Assembly (NCBI GenBank): GCA_951406725.2
Contig: OX597839.1
Span: 30,938,001 to 31,002,000, forward strand
Direction of reading: 5' to 3'
DNA: 64,000 bases
From: Octopus vulgaris
Taxonomy: Eukaryota
Shown: positions 36,064 through 47,354 of the stretch, piece after piece
Position numbering within the stretch: position 1 is the stretch's first letter
Layout: every line of letters begins with the position of its first letter
Translations under genes and position numbers: made by a program
The notes under the pieces: generated by a model
Database searches by the model: none
What the model saw: the letters and a program-made list of their open reading frames with translations, nothing else
Told to the model about the DNA's origin: nothing

Positions 36064-36110
36064 AAAACCTGTTACTCTGAGTTTCCCGTTGCCGTTCATC
36101 AGACAGTTTT
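36064..36110 (-). ncRNA. Minimal type I hammerhead ribozyme copy
   Basis: AAAACUGU-CUGAUGA-ACGGCAACGG-GAAAC-UCAGA-GUA-ACAGGUUUU. Confidence 0.75.
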
Positions 36111-36872
36111 TGCTCGACGAACGGCATTTGAATTTTCTGCTGCTTTAAATAAAGTATATATATATATATATATGCAACAGGCTTCTTTCAGTTTCCATCT
36201 ACTAATCTGCTGACAAATCTTTCGTCACCCTCAGTCTACAGTAGAAGACATTTGCTCAAGTGACATGCAGTGGGATTGAACCCAGACCCATGTGGTTGAG
36301 AAGCTAACAAGTATGAGGAAACACAGCTGAGTTAGTGAAATATCCTTCCTCCCCCAGTATTTCCACAACAAACTCTGAGTTACTCACAATCTGAAAGCTA
36401 TCTGCAGAAAATTATACTAAAATACACCCAAATTTTTGCAAGTTATGAAAAAATAAAACTGAATTGCATGAATTTTCCAAAACTCCTCTCCAAATACTCT
36501 TGGAAATTGTTTTTTTCCTCAAATTCCTATATATTCAGGATCTTCAGCACCTAAAAGGTATTTAGTAAAAATTTCAATAATATATATCCATTTTTCTGAA
36601 GGGTATGAGAAGAAAAATATCCAGGTTGAGGTGTGCTTCGTTACACATAACTGGTATAACTTGTTTAGTAATGCCAGCACTTATTAGATTTAAAGTGGTT
36701 AACCTCTATAGTTACCTTTGAAATGTTTGGGGATTCCTTACTATTGGATGTGATTCTGGAACATTTATGGGAGTTTGTGCTGTTTTTAATTGCACCATCA
36801 GTCAATTTGCTTTTAGTATAATAAAAAAAAAAATGTTCAGTTAAAACTCCAAGACGAACAAAGTCCTTTCCT

Positions 36873-38258
36873 TCAACAAACTTGTAATCCTAGCTGTTTT
36901 CTTGTATCAGCTTTTCGAATAAAAACATTGAACATTTCTTTACTTTCGGTGAAAGCATTAAAGAATTCTTTGCAAGAGTCTGCTTTGAGTACTCCAGTCA
37001 CTGTTTGGGATTCTGGTAAGTCATTCATATTCACAGATTGGGGTTCTTGCACAGGCCTGGAATCTTGAAGACCGTCCCAATTCACAGATTGGGATTCTGG
37101 CACAGGCTTAGATTCAGTCTCTTTATCATTAACAATAATCAAAAGAGTGATGATGCTTGGTGGAAACTTCGGTAAGAGTTCTTTTCCAATACAAGGCAAA
37201 ATTGTTTTCAGACTTTCATTAGTAATATGGTTATCCTCTTCATCGCATAAAACAATAATATCAAAATAACTGAACATATTCTCTGGTATGGAATCAATTT
37301 CCCCCATTAATTTTTTTATAGAACCTAAAAGAGTCGAGACATCCCAGTCTGGATTACTTTCTGAAAAACATTCATGTAATTTTTCGTCTACGTCCATACC
37401 TTCCAGAATAAATATTTTCCTTTTATCTGTTTTTCCTTCCGATAGCTTATTTTTCATAAAATTGTTTTCCGAATCGAATTTTTTAGCAATGAAAATATCG
37501 AACGTTTCCTCACTTTTAAAGAAAGCTTCTACGAATCCATGCAAGAACTTTCTTGTCAATATTCTAAGGACTGGTTTGCGAATCTTAGCATCACCAAAAC
37601 TCACGGGTTTTGTGTCGGAATCAAAAACATAATCATTATCATCATTCCCATCAACAATAATCAAAAAAGTGATGATGCTTGGTGGAAACTCCGGTAAGAT
37701 TTCTTTTTTAATACGAGCCAAAATTGTTTTCAGACTTTCATTAGTAATATAATTATAGTCTTCATCGCATAAAACAATAATATCAAAATAACTGAACTTA
37801 TTCTCTGGTACGGAACCAATTACCTCCTTTAATTTGTTTATAGAACCTAAATGATTTGATACTTCCCAGTCTGGATTTCTTTCTGAAAAACATTTATGTA
37901 ATATTTCGTCTTGTTCCAGACCTTCCAGAATAAATACTTTCCTTTTATCTCTTGCTTGTGGCATTGGTTTTTCTTCAACAACTTCTCTTTCTATTTTCGG
38001 TAAGTATTCTTGGAATTGTTTCTCTAAAAATTCGTTTCTTGTCTTGGAAAGAATCTTCACGAACGTTTGAGGAGGACAACTTCCTTCTGTTAAAATTTTC
38101 AACATTTCTCGAATTTTGTCGAGTTCATCCTTTTCTGATCTTATACTTTCATAATTGCTCACTGTGATATGATCACCATACAATAAACAATCCAGAACAT
38201 AATCGATTTCAGTGAGATTCCGGATAATTTGTGGCCGAAGTTTCACGTAAACATTCAT
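36873..38258 (-). CDS. Paralog 4: CARD-like domain + 2 repeat domains (461 aa)
   Basis: Intact ORF, ATG at 38258. Most divergent CARD among paralogs 2-5. Confidence 0.9.
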   Translation of the reverse strand: MNVYVKLRPQIIRNLTEIDYVLDCLLYGDHITVSNYESIRSEKDELDKIREMLKILTEGSCPPQTFVKILSKTRNEFLEKQFQEYLPKIEREVVEEKPMPQARDKRKVFILEGLEQDEILHKCFSERNPDWEVSNHLGSINKLKEVIGSVPENKFSYFDIIVLCDEDYNYITNESLKTILARIKKEILPEFPPSIITFLIIVDGNDDNDYVFDSDTKPVSFGDAKIRKPVLRILTRKFLHGFVEAFFKSEETFDIFIAKKFDSENNFMKNKLSEGKTDKRKIFILEGMDVDEKLHECFSESNPDWDVSTLLGSIKKLMGEIDSIPENMFSYFDIIVLCDEEDNHITNESLKTILPCIGKELLPKFPPSIITLLIIVNDKETESKPVPESQSVNWDGLQDSRPVQEPQSVNMNDLPESQTVTGVLKADSCKEFFNAFTESKEMFNVFIRKADTRKQLGLQVC

Positions 38259-39489
38259 TTTTGGCAAATAATGTAATGTCCTGAATAGGAATTCTCGAGA
38301 AATGAATGTCGCGTCTTATTTCCGGGTTTTGTGATTCGTCCTCTTTTAGTTTTCTCTTTCTCTCTCTCCACTTTTCTATGTACTTATGTGTGTGTGTGTG
38401 TGACTAAACACTTGGTAATTGATATTTCTTTACTTCGGGTATTTACAACTAATACTATACATTAGTTTCGACAGATTTCATGCTCAACCGATGTACAGAA
38501 CAAAAAATATTGTCGGAAAGAATATTATTGTTCATGACAATACGATGATGTTAATAACGCCCTGTGCAAGTGACTTCTGTATGTAGCCTCGGGCTGACCA
38601 GTGTATATAACCACAGGCTGATGCGTGTGTGTTTCCCTCCGCCACCACCTGACAACTGGTATCAGTGTATTTAGGTCACTGTGACGTAGCAGTTCAGCAA
38701 AAAGCAAACTGGTCATCTTCGATTCTTACAACCCGTTTCAATCAATACTCAATAATCTAATTACAAATTTACATTTACGTGTCAGGAGTGTAATTTCATC
38801 AGAGGGAAAAAACATAACTTTGGATGTTATATTATGTGGGCTTATCCATTTATTTTGACATGACCAGTTTGCTGTTGATAATAAACAATTCTTAACTTCC
38901 TTATCTCCATTTTCTTTTCTCCTTTATACACACACACACACACACACATATATATCAGGGTATCAGACATTTTGCTGTTATACACCACTGGTTACAATGC
39001 ACCTCTACACACAGTTGTAGCTGTTGAATGTTACCCCCCTGCTGCCCAGGTGGACGAAGCCAACATATCCCCCCCACTCCCGGCAAATAGAATGCCATTC
39101 CATTACAGGTTTACCCCTTTGCAGCCGAGTGGACTGGGGTTCAGGTGAAAGAAAGTGTTTTGCTTGAATTCATAAGCATCCAGGGTATTAAAACATTAAT
39201 CTAGTGATGTGGAGTGCAACGTCCTAACCATTAAGACGTCTTTACACACACAAAAATACACACACATACATACACACACACTCTCTCTCTCACACACACA
39301 CACACAGACAAAGTTCTTGGTTTTCAGGATATGCTAATCTCTCGACTATCGTAGGTGCTGTGTACCGGAACCCCCTGTGATAGGGGAAAATCCACAAAGT
39401 AGAAACAGTACTGTATATATATGTATATTTTTTAATCATTTTTATAATTTGTATATATTTTATTATAAATACAAAACAAACACCACGGA

Positions 39490-40110
39490 AAATGTCTGGC
39501 ATGTTCATTCATGTGTGCCCTGGCATATCTGATGACCTACTCAGGGTTGGAGACACAAGAAAGACAGCCATCATCGACCATGAACTAAGGAGGCTCAACA
39601 TAGACATTGCTGGATTGCAAGAGACAAGACACCCCTCACACAGCAAACTCAAAGAATAGGACTTCACCTTCTTCTGGCAGGGAAGAGATCCAGAGGAACC
39701 TCGTCAGCATGGTGTTGGCTTTGCAGTGAGAAACTCATTACTCTCCTCAGTAGACCCACCATCAGGAAGCGCTGAGCGTATCCTCTCTGTGTGCTTCTTA
39801 AGCTCTTCAAACCCAGTACATCTACTGAGCATCTATGCTCCCACTCTCTACAGCTCAGAAGAGACTAAGGACCAGGTCTACAAAGCTCTGAACTGCGCCA
39901 TTACAAACATACCAACCAACGAAAACATCTACCTTCTAGGAGATTTTAACGCTCACGTGGGATCTGACCATTACTTGTGGCCCATTTGTGTCAGACATTT
40001 TGGCATTGGCAATATGAATGACGATGGTCAGAGACTGCTTGAATGCTGCACATAGCATAAACTGTGCATCACCAACAAATTCTTTGCCAACAAGCCATCC
40101 CACAGGGCTT
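39490..40110 (+). mobile_element. RTE LINE endonuclease remnant (duplicated copy)
   Basis: Same motifs as 23965-24585. Confidence 0.9.
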
Positions 40111-42031
40111 GTCGTTACTTGCAGGCAATTTCGTTTTCATTTTTTTTAACTTCTAAACTGCAAGATCATCTCGATTCATAAGAAATGCAAATGTTTCCCC
40201 ATCCCTTGGCTTTTTTCCGGTAGCTAGGAAATTTCAAATAGCTTAATCTTGGGTAGTCATCATCATCTTTTAACGTCTGCTTTCCATGCTGGCATGGGTT
40301 GGACGGTTTTACTGAGGACAGGCAAGCCAGTGGGCTACAGCAGGCTCCAATCTGATCTGGCAAGGTTTCTACAGCTGGATACCCTTCCTAACCCCAACCA
40401 CTCTGAGAGTGTAGTGGGTGCTTCAAACATGTTCAGAAGGTACCTTTTACATGCTACCGGCATGGGAGTCAGTCAGGGGGCACTAGCATTGACCATGTTC
40501 AGATGGGGTATTTTATGTGCCACCAGCATGGAAGCCAGTCAGGTGGCACTGGCCACGGCTATGATTTCAATTTTATATGATTCAACAGGTCCTCTCAATC
40601 ATATATCCCCTGATGCTTCCAAGATACTTTGAAATGGGCCGGTCATGCAACACTGGCATTGGCCATAGCTGCAATCTCCCTTTCCTTGCTGTATCCTGAA
40701 ATTTACTGTAAGATATAAAAATGATGTAAATTTGTTTCAAGTTGCATTTTGGGGTTGATAAAATCTACCCTGGTTCAGTCTTGATGGCAAAAGAAAAACT
40801 GAATGACTTCAATATTGCTGTAGAGAAAAAAGACTACATGTTGAGGTATTTTAGCATCACAGATGCATGGTTTGCATTTATAAAGGAACATGTGGAGCAG
40901 TAAACATTGGTTGGAGCTGGTGGCCTAAAAACCACATTACATATTATGTATATATGGGAAAATGTCAGGCATGTTCATTCATGCGTGAGTGTCTATATAT
41001 TGAAAAGAAAAAGACTACCTACCTATGTATACCACACCAATTACATGTCATTATTTCTAAGCTGACAGGAATCTACAAGCTATATGACTGTTAGCAGGCA
41101 AGTTAAAGTGTAATACAATCACTTGTACATTCAAATGGGGTCGCGTTTGTTTAGGTGTAAATGTCGGCTCAATAATGGTTGGGAAAACATGAGAGTAGAG
41201 TAGCTGAGCGGTTTTGAAATTTGTAAGAGAGGAGAAATGCTTCAACCGTTCATATTTTATTTGATAGGGAAGAAAGAGAGGAAGTTCCTCATAGAATATT
41301 CATTGTAGGAGAGAGTTAGAATCAAAAGAAGTGGTGGCGGGTATTCTTTTACATTTGAATATAACTTAAATGTTTGGTTCTAACTTCAGTTGTAATATTT
41401 TTAGGTTTCCCTTTCCCAATTTCTACTTTTCCAGGTTCAAATATTTAACAATATCATCATTCCTGCTGGTCCTCTTTCATTACAGGCAACAATTTGTACA
41501 GCTGGAAAAAGTATTCATTATTCAGACAAAACACAAACACCAACAAATGAAAACAAAGAGAAATTTTTATTTAACAAACTTTAAACTGTAGTAAAAAACA
41601 GATTTTAGAAATTGGTATAAAATGAAATACATAAAAATTGTATCGAAGAACCTACGGAAAAAGAGTAAAATATTTATTAAGCAGCTGAAGATCAATGGAA
41701 TTATTATAGTTCGAAAGAAGTTAAGGGCATCAACAAGATTGACTCATATTTTGATATTTCACACAATCCTTCATGGTTTTTCATATATTTCCCACAAAAT
41801 ACTCGGTGTTTCTTCCCCTTATGTATAATAGCAGAAACAGTACCCCTTCGGTGGTTGTTTACTAGGATGTCATGGTTACTTGTAGGAAACTATGTACACT
41901 CACCCACCCATACACACACTAAATAGTATATACATGTGTGTGTTTGTATGTATGTATATATATATATATATTGTTTGTAGAAAAACATAAATCTGGATAA
42001 GAAGCACATTCTAAGATGTAGACCACTTAAA

Positions 42032-42088
<57 letters not shown>

Positions 42089-42137
42089 GAGAGAGAGATT
42101 GATGGAAACTGAAAGTAGCATGTCATATATATTATCA

Positions 42138-42173
<36 letters not shown>

Positions 42174-42250
42174 AATATTAGGGAATAAATCCAAATTTAC
42201 AGGGAAAAAAATCAGATTTAGGATTAAATCCAATTTTATAGTAAAATATT

Positions 42251-42463
42251 ATATAATATTAATTAGAGACAAAACCACTATTTTGCAAAACAAACAAGGA
42301 AAGACTTAATCAATACATAAAATTTTAATAAAATTTAATAAATTTTTTATTTTTTTTACTTTTTTTTACTTTTTTAAACTTTTTATTAAAATTTTATGTA
42401 TTGATTAAGTCTTTCCTTGTTTGTTTTGCAAAATAGTGGTTTTGTCTCTAATTAATATTATAT
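42251..42463. repeat. AT-rich fold-back (~80-bp arms) in (TA)n
   Basis: 42251-42332 is the reverse complement of 42381-42463. Confidence 0.85.
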
Positions 42464-42708
42464 ATATATATATATAGTAAGATAGGGGTTATGGGTGTAA
42501 CCCACTATGGGATATCAATTATATGGATTTCAATAATTTATAATATGACTTTTAAAATCTGTATTTGTATTATTATCTTATCTATTGATTTATATAATAT
42601 TTTTTATGGTTTTGATGTCCTCATTTGTAAAATGAATAAATAATCCAAATTAATATCCATAAGTTGATGAACAAACTAAATTTGTTTCTCCATTTTCTTA
42701 TTTGTATT

Positions 42709-42765
<57 letters not shown>

Positions 42766-42803
42766 TGATGGAAACTGAAAGAAGCATGTCATATATATTA
42801 TCA

Positions 42804-42847
<44 letters not shown>

Positions 42848-43710
42848 CGGAGTAAACACATAAATGTGAAACAAGGTGGAAAAAAGAGTACTCAAATACC
42901 AGTGGTAGAGTAATTTGCTTTATTTAAAGCAGCAAAAACTGTCCAACGAACGGCAACGGGAAACTCAGAGTAACAGGTTTTCTTGAATTTTCTGCTGCTT
43001 TAAATAAAGTATATATATATATATATACATGCAACAGGCTTCTTTCAGTTTCCATCTACTAATCTGCTGACAAATCTTTCGTCACCCTCAGTCTACAGTA
43101 GGAGACATTTGCTCAAGTGACATGCAATGGGATTGAACCCAGACCCATTTGGTTGAGAAGCTAACAAGTATGAGGAAACACAGTTGAGTTAGTGAAATAT
43201 CCTTCCTCCCCCAGTATTTCCACAACAAACTCTGAGTTAGTCACAATCTGAAAGCTATCTGCAGAAAATTTTACTAAAATACACCCAAATTTTTGCAAGT
43301 TATGAAAAAATAAAACTGACTTGCATGAATTTTCCAAAACTCCTCTCCAAATACTCTTGGAAATTGTTTTTTTCCTCAAATTCCTATATATTCAGGATCT
43401 TCAGCACCTAAAAGGTATTTAGTAAAAATTTCAATAATATATATCCATTTTTCTGAAGGGTATGAGAAGAAAAATATCCAGGTTGAGGTGTGGTTCGTTA
43501 CACATAACTGGTATAACTTGTGTAGTAATGCCAGCACTTATTAGATTTAAAGTGAATGTTTTCACGTAACATTCACCTCTATAGTTACCTTTCAAATGTT
43601 TGGGGATTCCTTACAATTGGATGTGATTCTGGAATATTTATGGGAGTTTGTGCTGTTTTTAATTGCACCATCAGTCAATTTGCTTTTAGTATAATAAAAA
43701 AAAAAAATGT

Positions 43711-45186
43711 TCAGTTAAAACTCCAAGATGAACAAAGTCCTTTCCTGCAATAAACTTGTAATCCTAGCTGTTTTCTTGTATCAGCTTTTCGAATAAAAAC
43801 ATTGAACATTTCTTTACTTTCGGTGAAAGCATTAAAGAATTCTTTGCAAGAGTCTGCTTTGAGTACTCCAGTCACTGTTTGGGATTCCGGAAAGTCATTC
43901 ATATTCTCAGATTGGGATTCCTGCACAGGCCTGGAATCTGGAAGATCGTCCGTATTCATCGATGGGGATTCCTGCACAGGCCTGGAATCTCGTTGACCGT
44001 CCATATTCACAGATTGGGATTCTTGCACAGGCTTAGATTCAGTCTCTTTATTATTAACAATAATCAAAAGAGTGATGATGCTTTGTGGAAACTTCGGTAA
44101 GAGTTCTTTTTCAATACAAGGCAAAATTGTTTTCAGACTTTCATTAGTAATATGGTTATCCTCTTCATCGCATAAAACAATAATATCAAAATAACTGAAC
44201 TTATTCTTTGGTAAGGAAGCAATCTTCTCCTTTAATATCTTTATAGAACCAAAAGGAGTTGATACTTCCCAGTCTGGATTACTTCCTGAAAAACATTTAC
44301 GTAATATTTCGTTTTGTTCCAGACCTTGCATAATAAATATTTTCCTTTTATCTGTTTTTCCTTCCGATGGATTATTTTTCATAAGATTGTTTTCCAAATC
44401 GAATTTTTTAGCAATGAAAATATCGAACGTTTCCAAACTTTTAAAGAAAGCTTCTACGAATCCATGCAAGAACTTTCTTGTCAATATTCTAAGGACTGGT
44501 TTGCGAATCTTAGCATCCCTAAAACTCACGGGTTTTGTGTCGGAATCAAAAACATAACCATTATCATCCTTCCCATCAACAATAATCAAAAAAGTGATGA
44601 TGCTTGGTGGAAACTTCGGTAAGAGTTCTTTTTCAATACAAGGCAAAATTGTTTTCAGACTTTCATTAGTAATATGCTTATCCTCTTCATCGCATGAAAC
44701 AATAATATCAAAATAACTGAACTGATTCTCTGGTAAGGAAGCAATCTTCTCCTTTAATTTGTTTATAGAACCTAAATGATTTGATACTTCCCAGTCTGGA
44801 TTTGTTTCTGCAAAATGTTTTTGTAATATTTCGTCTGCGTCCATACCTTCCAGAATAAATACTCTCCGTTTGTCTCTTTCTGGTGGCTTTGGTTTTTCTT
44901 CAACAACTTTTCTTTCAATTTTCATGTTCAAGTATTCTCGGAATAGTTTCTCTAAAAATTCGTTTCCTGTTTTGGAAAGAATCTCCACGAACGTTTGAGG
45001 AGGACAACTTCTTTTTGTTAAAATGTTCAACATTTCTCGAATTTTGTCGCTTTCTTTCTTTTCTGATCTTATACTTTCATAATTGCTCTCTGTGATATGT
45101 TCACCAGACTGTAAATAATCCAGAACATCATCGATTTGAGTGAGATTCCGGATAATTTGTGGCCGAAGTTTCTCGTAAACATTCAT
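43711..45186 (-). CDS. Paralog 5: CARD-like domain + 2 repeat domains (491 aa)
   Basis: Intact ORF, ATG at 45186. Three 17-aa linker repeats. TGC in place of the TGA of paralogs 3/4 extends the C-terminus. Confidence 0.9.
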   Translation of the reverse strand: MNVYEKLRPQIIRNLTQIDDVLDYLQSGEHITESNYESIRSEKKESDKIREMLNILTKRSCPPQTFVEILSKTGNEFLEKLFREYLNMKIERKVVEEKPKPPERDKRRVFILEGMDADEILQKHFAETNPDWEVSNHLGSINKLKEKIASLPENQFSYFDIIVSCDEEDKHITNESLKTILPCIEKELLPKFPPSIITFLIIVDGKDDNGYVFDSDTKPVSFRDAKIRKPVLRILTRKFLHGFVEAFFKSLETFDIFIAKKFDLENNLMKNNPSEGKTDKRKIFIMQGLEQNEILRKCFSGSNPDWEVSTPFGSIKILKEKIASLPKNKFSYFDIIVLCDEEDNHITNESLKTILPCIEKELLPKFPQSIITLLIIVNNKETESKPVQESQSVNMDGQRDSRPVQESPSMNTDDLPDSRPVQESQSENMNDFPESQTVTGVLKADSCKEFFNAFTESKEMFNVFIRKADTRKQLGLQVYCRKGLCSSWSFN

Positions 45187-46324
45187 TTTTGGCAAATAAT
45201 GTAATGTCCTGAATAGGAATTCTCGAGAAATGAACGTCGCGTCTTATTTCCGGGTTTTGTGATTCGTCCTCTTTTAGTTTTCTCTTTCTCTCTCTCCACT
45301 TTTCTATGTACTTATGTGTGTGTGTGTGTGTGACTAAACACTTGGTAATTGATATTTCTTTACTTCGGGTATTTACAACTAATACTATACATTAGTTTCG
45401 ATAGATTTCATGCTCAGCCGATGTACAGAACAAAAAATATTGTCGGAAAGAATATTATTGTTCATGACAAATACATTTTATATCAGATGAAAACAATCAT
45501 ATTTCTACAGGGTACACACTGCTGGGACGGTGTACCTAAGCCGTTATTTCCGAAATACGTAAGATATAACAAGAAGGTACCTTACAAGTACGGGCTATAA
45601 TGGGACTAGAAGGTTCGTGGTACCTGCGGAGTATCTCCTTCTCCTATTACAATTATTTCTGTAGTCTTAGGATCTGGAACTCGAAAGAAGATGCTTCTGC
45701 AATTTAATGGTTGTTTATTTCAGTCTCTCATTCTCGGAGGTTGTCCCCCACAACCACCCGTATGGCAGCACGTAGTCCGTTACTGTTCCGCTCGCGTGAG
45801 GTACATTACCTGTGGAGATAACAGGTGAATTCCGGGTACTTGTCTATTGTCGTGGTCCCGGTTTCGCACACGCAAATTCGCGCGCGCGCGCGCCAGACGT
45901 AGGTACTCGATACTCGAGATCCTACGAGGTGACTTGCGCATGCGCAGTGCAGAATTCGCGCATGCGCGTTACCCCCCCCTAAAAAAAAAGGTGTTGGATT
46001 TCACTAAAAATATATATGTGTGTGTGTGTATATATATAACATTTTCAATTTTACACAAAAAAATTACATAGTCGCTTTCCTCGCGGATTTACAGATAAAT
46101 GAATTAATTACTATTTTACAGAATAAAATTAATGAATTAATTATATAAATTAAATAATTCTTGAAAATTAATTAATATTAATAATATTTTTTGAACAAAG
46201 TAAATAATTTATAAAACTTGGTTAATAATTTTTTTTACACAAACGCGAACGTATATAATTTGTGAAACTTTTTTTTTTTTTACAGACGTATATAATTTGG
46301 TAAACTTAATGAATTAATTTCTTC

Positions 46325-46745
46325 TCATCATCATCATCGTTTAACGTCCGTTCTCCAAGCCAGCATGGGTTGGACGGTTCGACCGGGGATCTGGGAAGCC
46401 AGAAGGCTGCACCAGACTCCAGTCTTATCTGGCAATGTTTCTACAGCTGGATGCCCTTCCTAACGCCAACCACTCCGAGAGTGTAGTGGGTGCTTTTTAC
46501 ATGCCACCCGCACAGGTGCCAGGAGAGGCTGGCAACGGCCACGGTCGGATTGGTGCCAGTCGAGGCGGCTCTGGCATCGGCCACGATTCGGATAGTGCTT
46601 TTTACGTACCACCAGTCCAGGGGTCCTGGCATTTGCCGGGTGCCACACTTGCCCCAACATGTCTTCGCAAGCAAAGGGGGTTGGCGTGGGTGCCTGTCGT
46701 GGGATGAGGTTCGATATCAACTTCGCTTGCCTCAACAGGTCTTTG
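46325..46745 (-). mobile_element. SINE/RTE-related repeat with (GAT)n tail
   Basis: (CAT)nCGTTTAACGTCCG..GCATGGGTTGGACGG. Same family as 14810-15170. Confidence 0.75.
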
Positions 46746-47354
46746 TGTATAAATGTATAAATTTTTCGCACTAAATTCTTTCCGTAAAATTTATCAAAAA
46801 ACGCGCAAAATTATTCCGTAGAATTTATCAAATTAAAAAACGCAAAATTAATATATTTTTTGAAATTGCAAATTATTTAGAATATAAAACAAATGAAGTT
46901 AAATTTTAAAAATAAATGTCATATACTTATACTCTGTAAGGTGCTGTGTTCACACTTCAATTTACTATTTTCTAGAAATGTTGCTTTTCTAATTGAAACA
47001 ATTTTTCTCAATCTCCATTTAAAAGTCCATAATGCCTCTTGAGCCATATCAAAATGAACAACTTTGAATTACGCGGCGGCGGTGGTGGTGGTGGTGGTGT
47101 GAGGTGACAGCCTAGCGTCACCACCCGCTTTGCATGCCATTTTTTCGTCTCTTTTCATATTTGCCAGCTTCACCTCTTTCTTCTTTACTTCTGCCGCTTC
47201 AGCGAAACTCTTCTTCTTCAGTAATTCATCCATCTTTTTGATTGCGATAACCATTTTCACTACCATTTCAAGGGTCTTATTACTCTTCATCAGTAAATTA
47301 TTATAACTTTGTTGAATGTTTTACTTTTTGGGGGCCAAGGCCAGCCATAGCATG

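Larger units (their letters stand above)
29963..36872 (+). repeat. Segmental duplication spacer, copy 2 (carries a Helitron insertion)
   Basis: Near-identical to 22761-29092 plus a 512-bp insertion at 32652-33163. Confidence 0.97.
38268..43710 (+). repeat. Segmental duplication spacer, copy 3 (lacks the Penelope block)
   Basis: Near-identical to copy 1, except that 42050-42480 replaces the 1.3-kb PLE remnant. Confidence 0.95.

Noticed and set aside
22761-43710. The three spacers as an assembly artefact
   Set aside because: Each has private indels, SNPs and TE content (Helitron, PLE loss), and the linked genes differ in domain number. Haplotype stacking is not fully excluded without reads.
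6931-45186. Calling the paralogs active caspases, NLRs or assigning a gene symbol
   Set aside because: There is no SHG/QACxG catalytic dyad, no P-loop/NACHT motif and no LRRs. Orthology cannot be established from the sequence alone.
47069-47290. 73-aa Lys-rich ORF as a gene
   Set aside because: It is short, low-complexity and has no recognisable homology or splice context.
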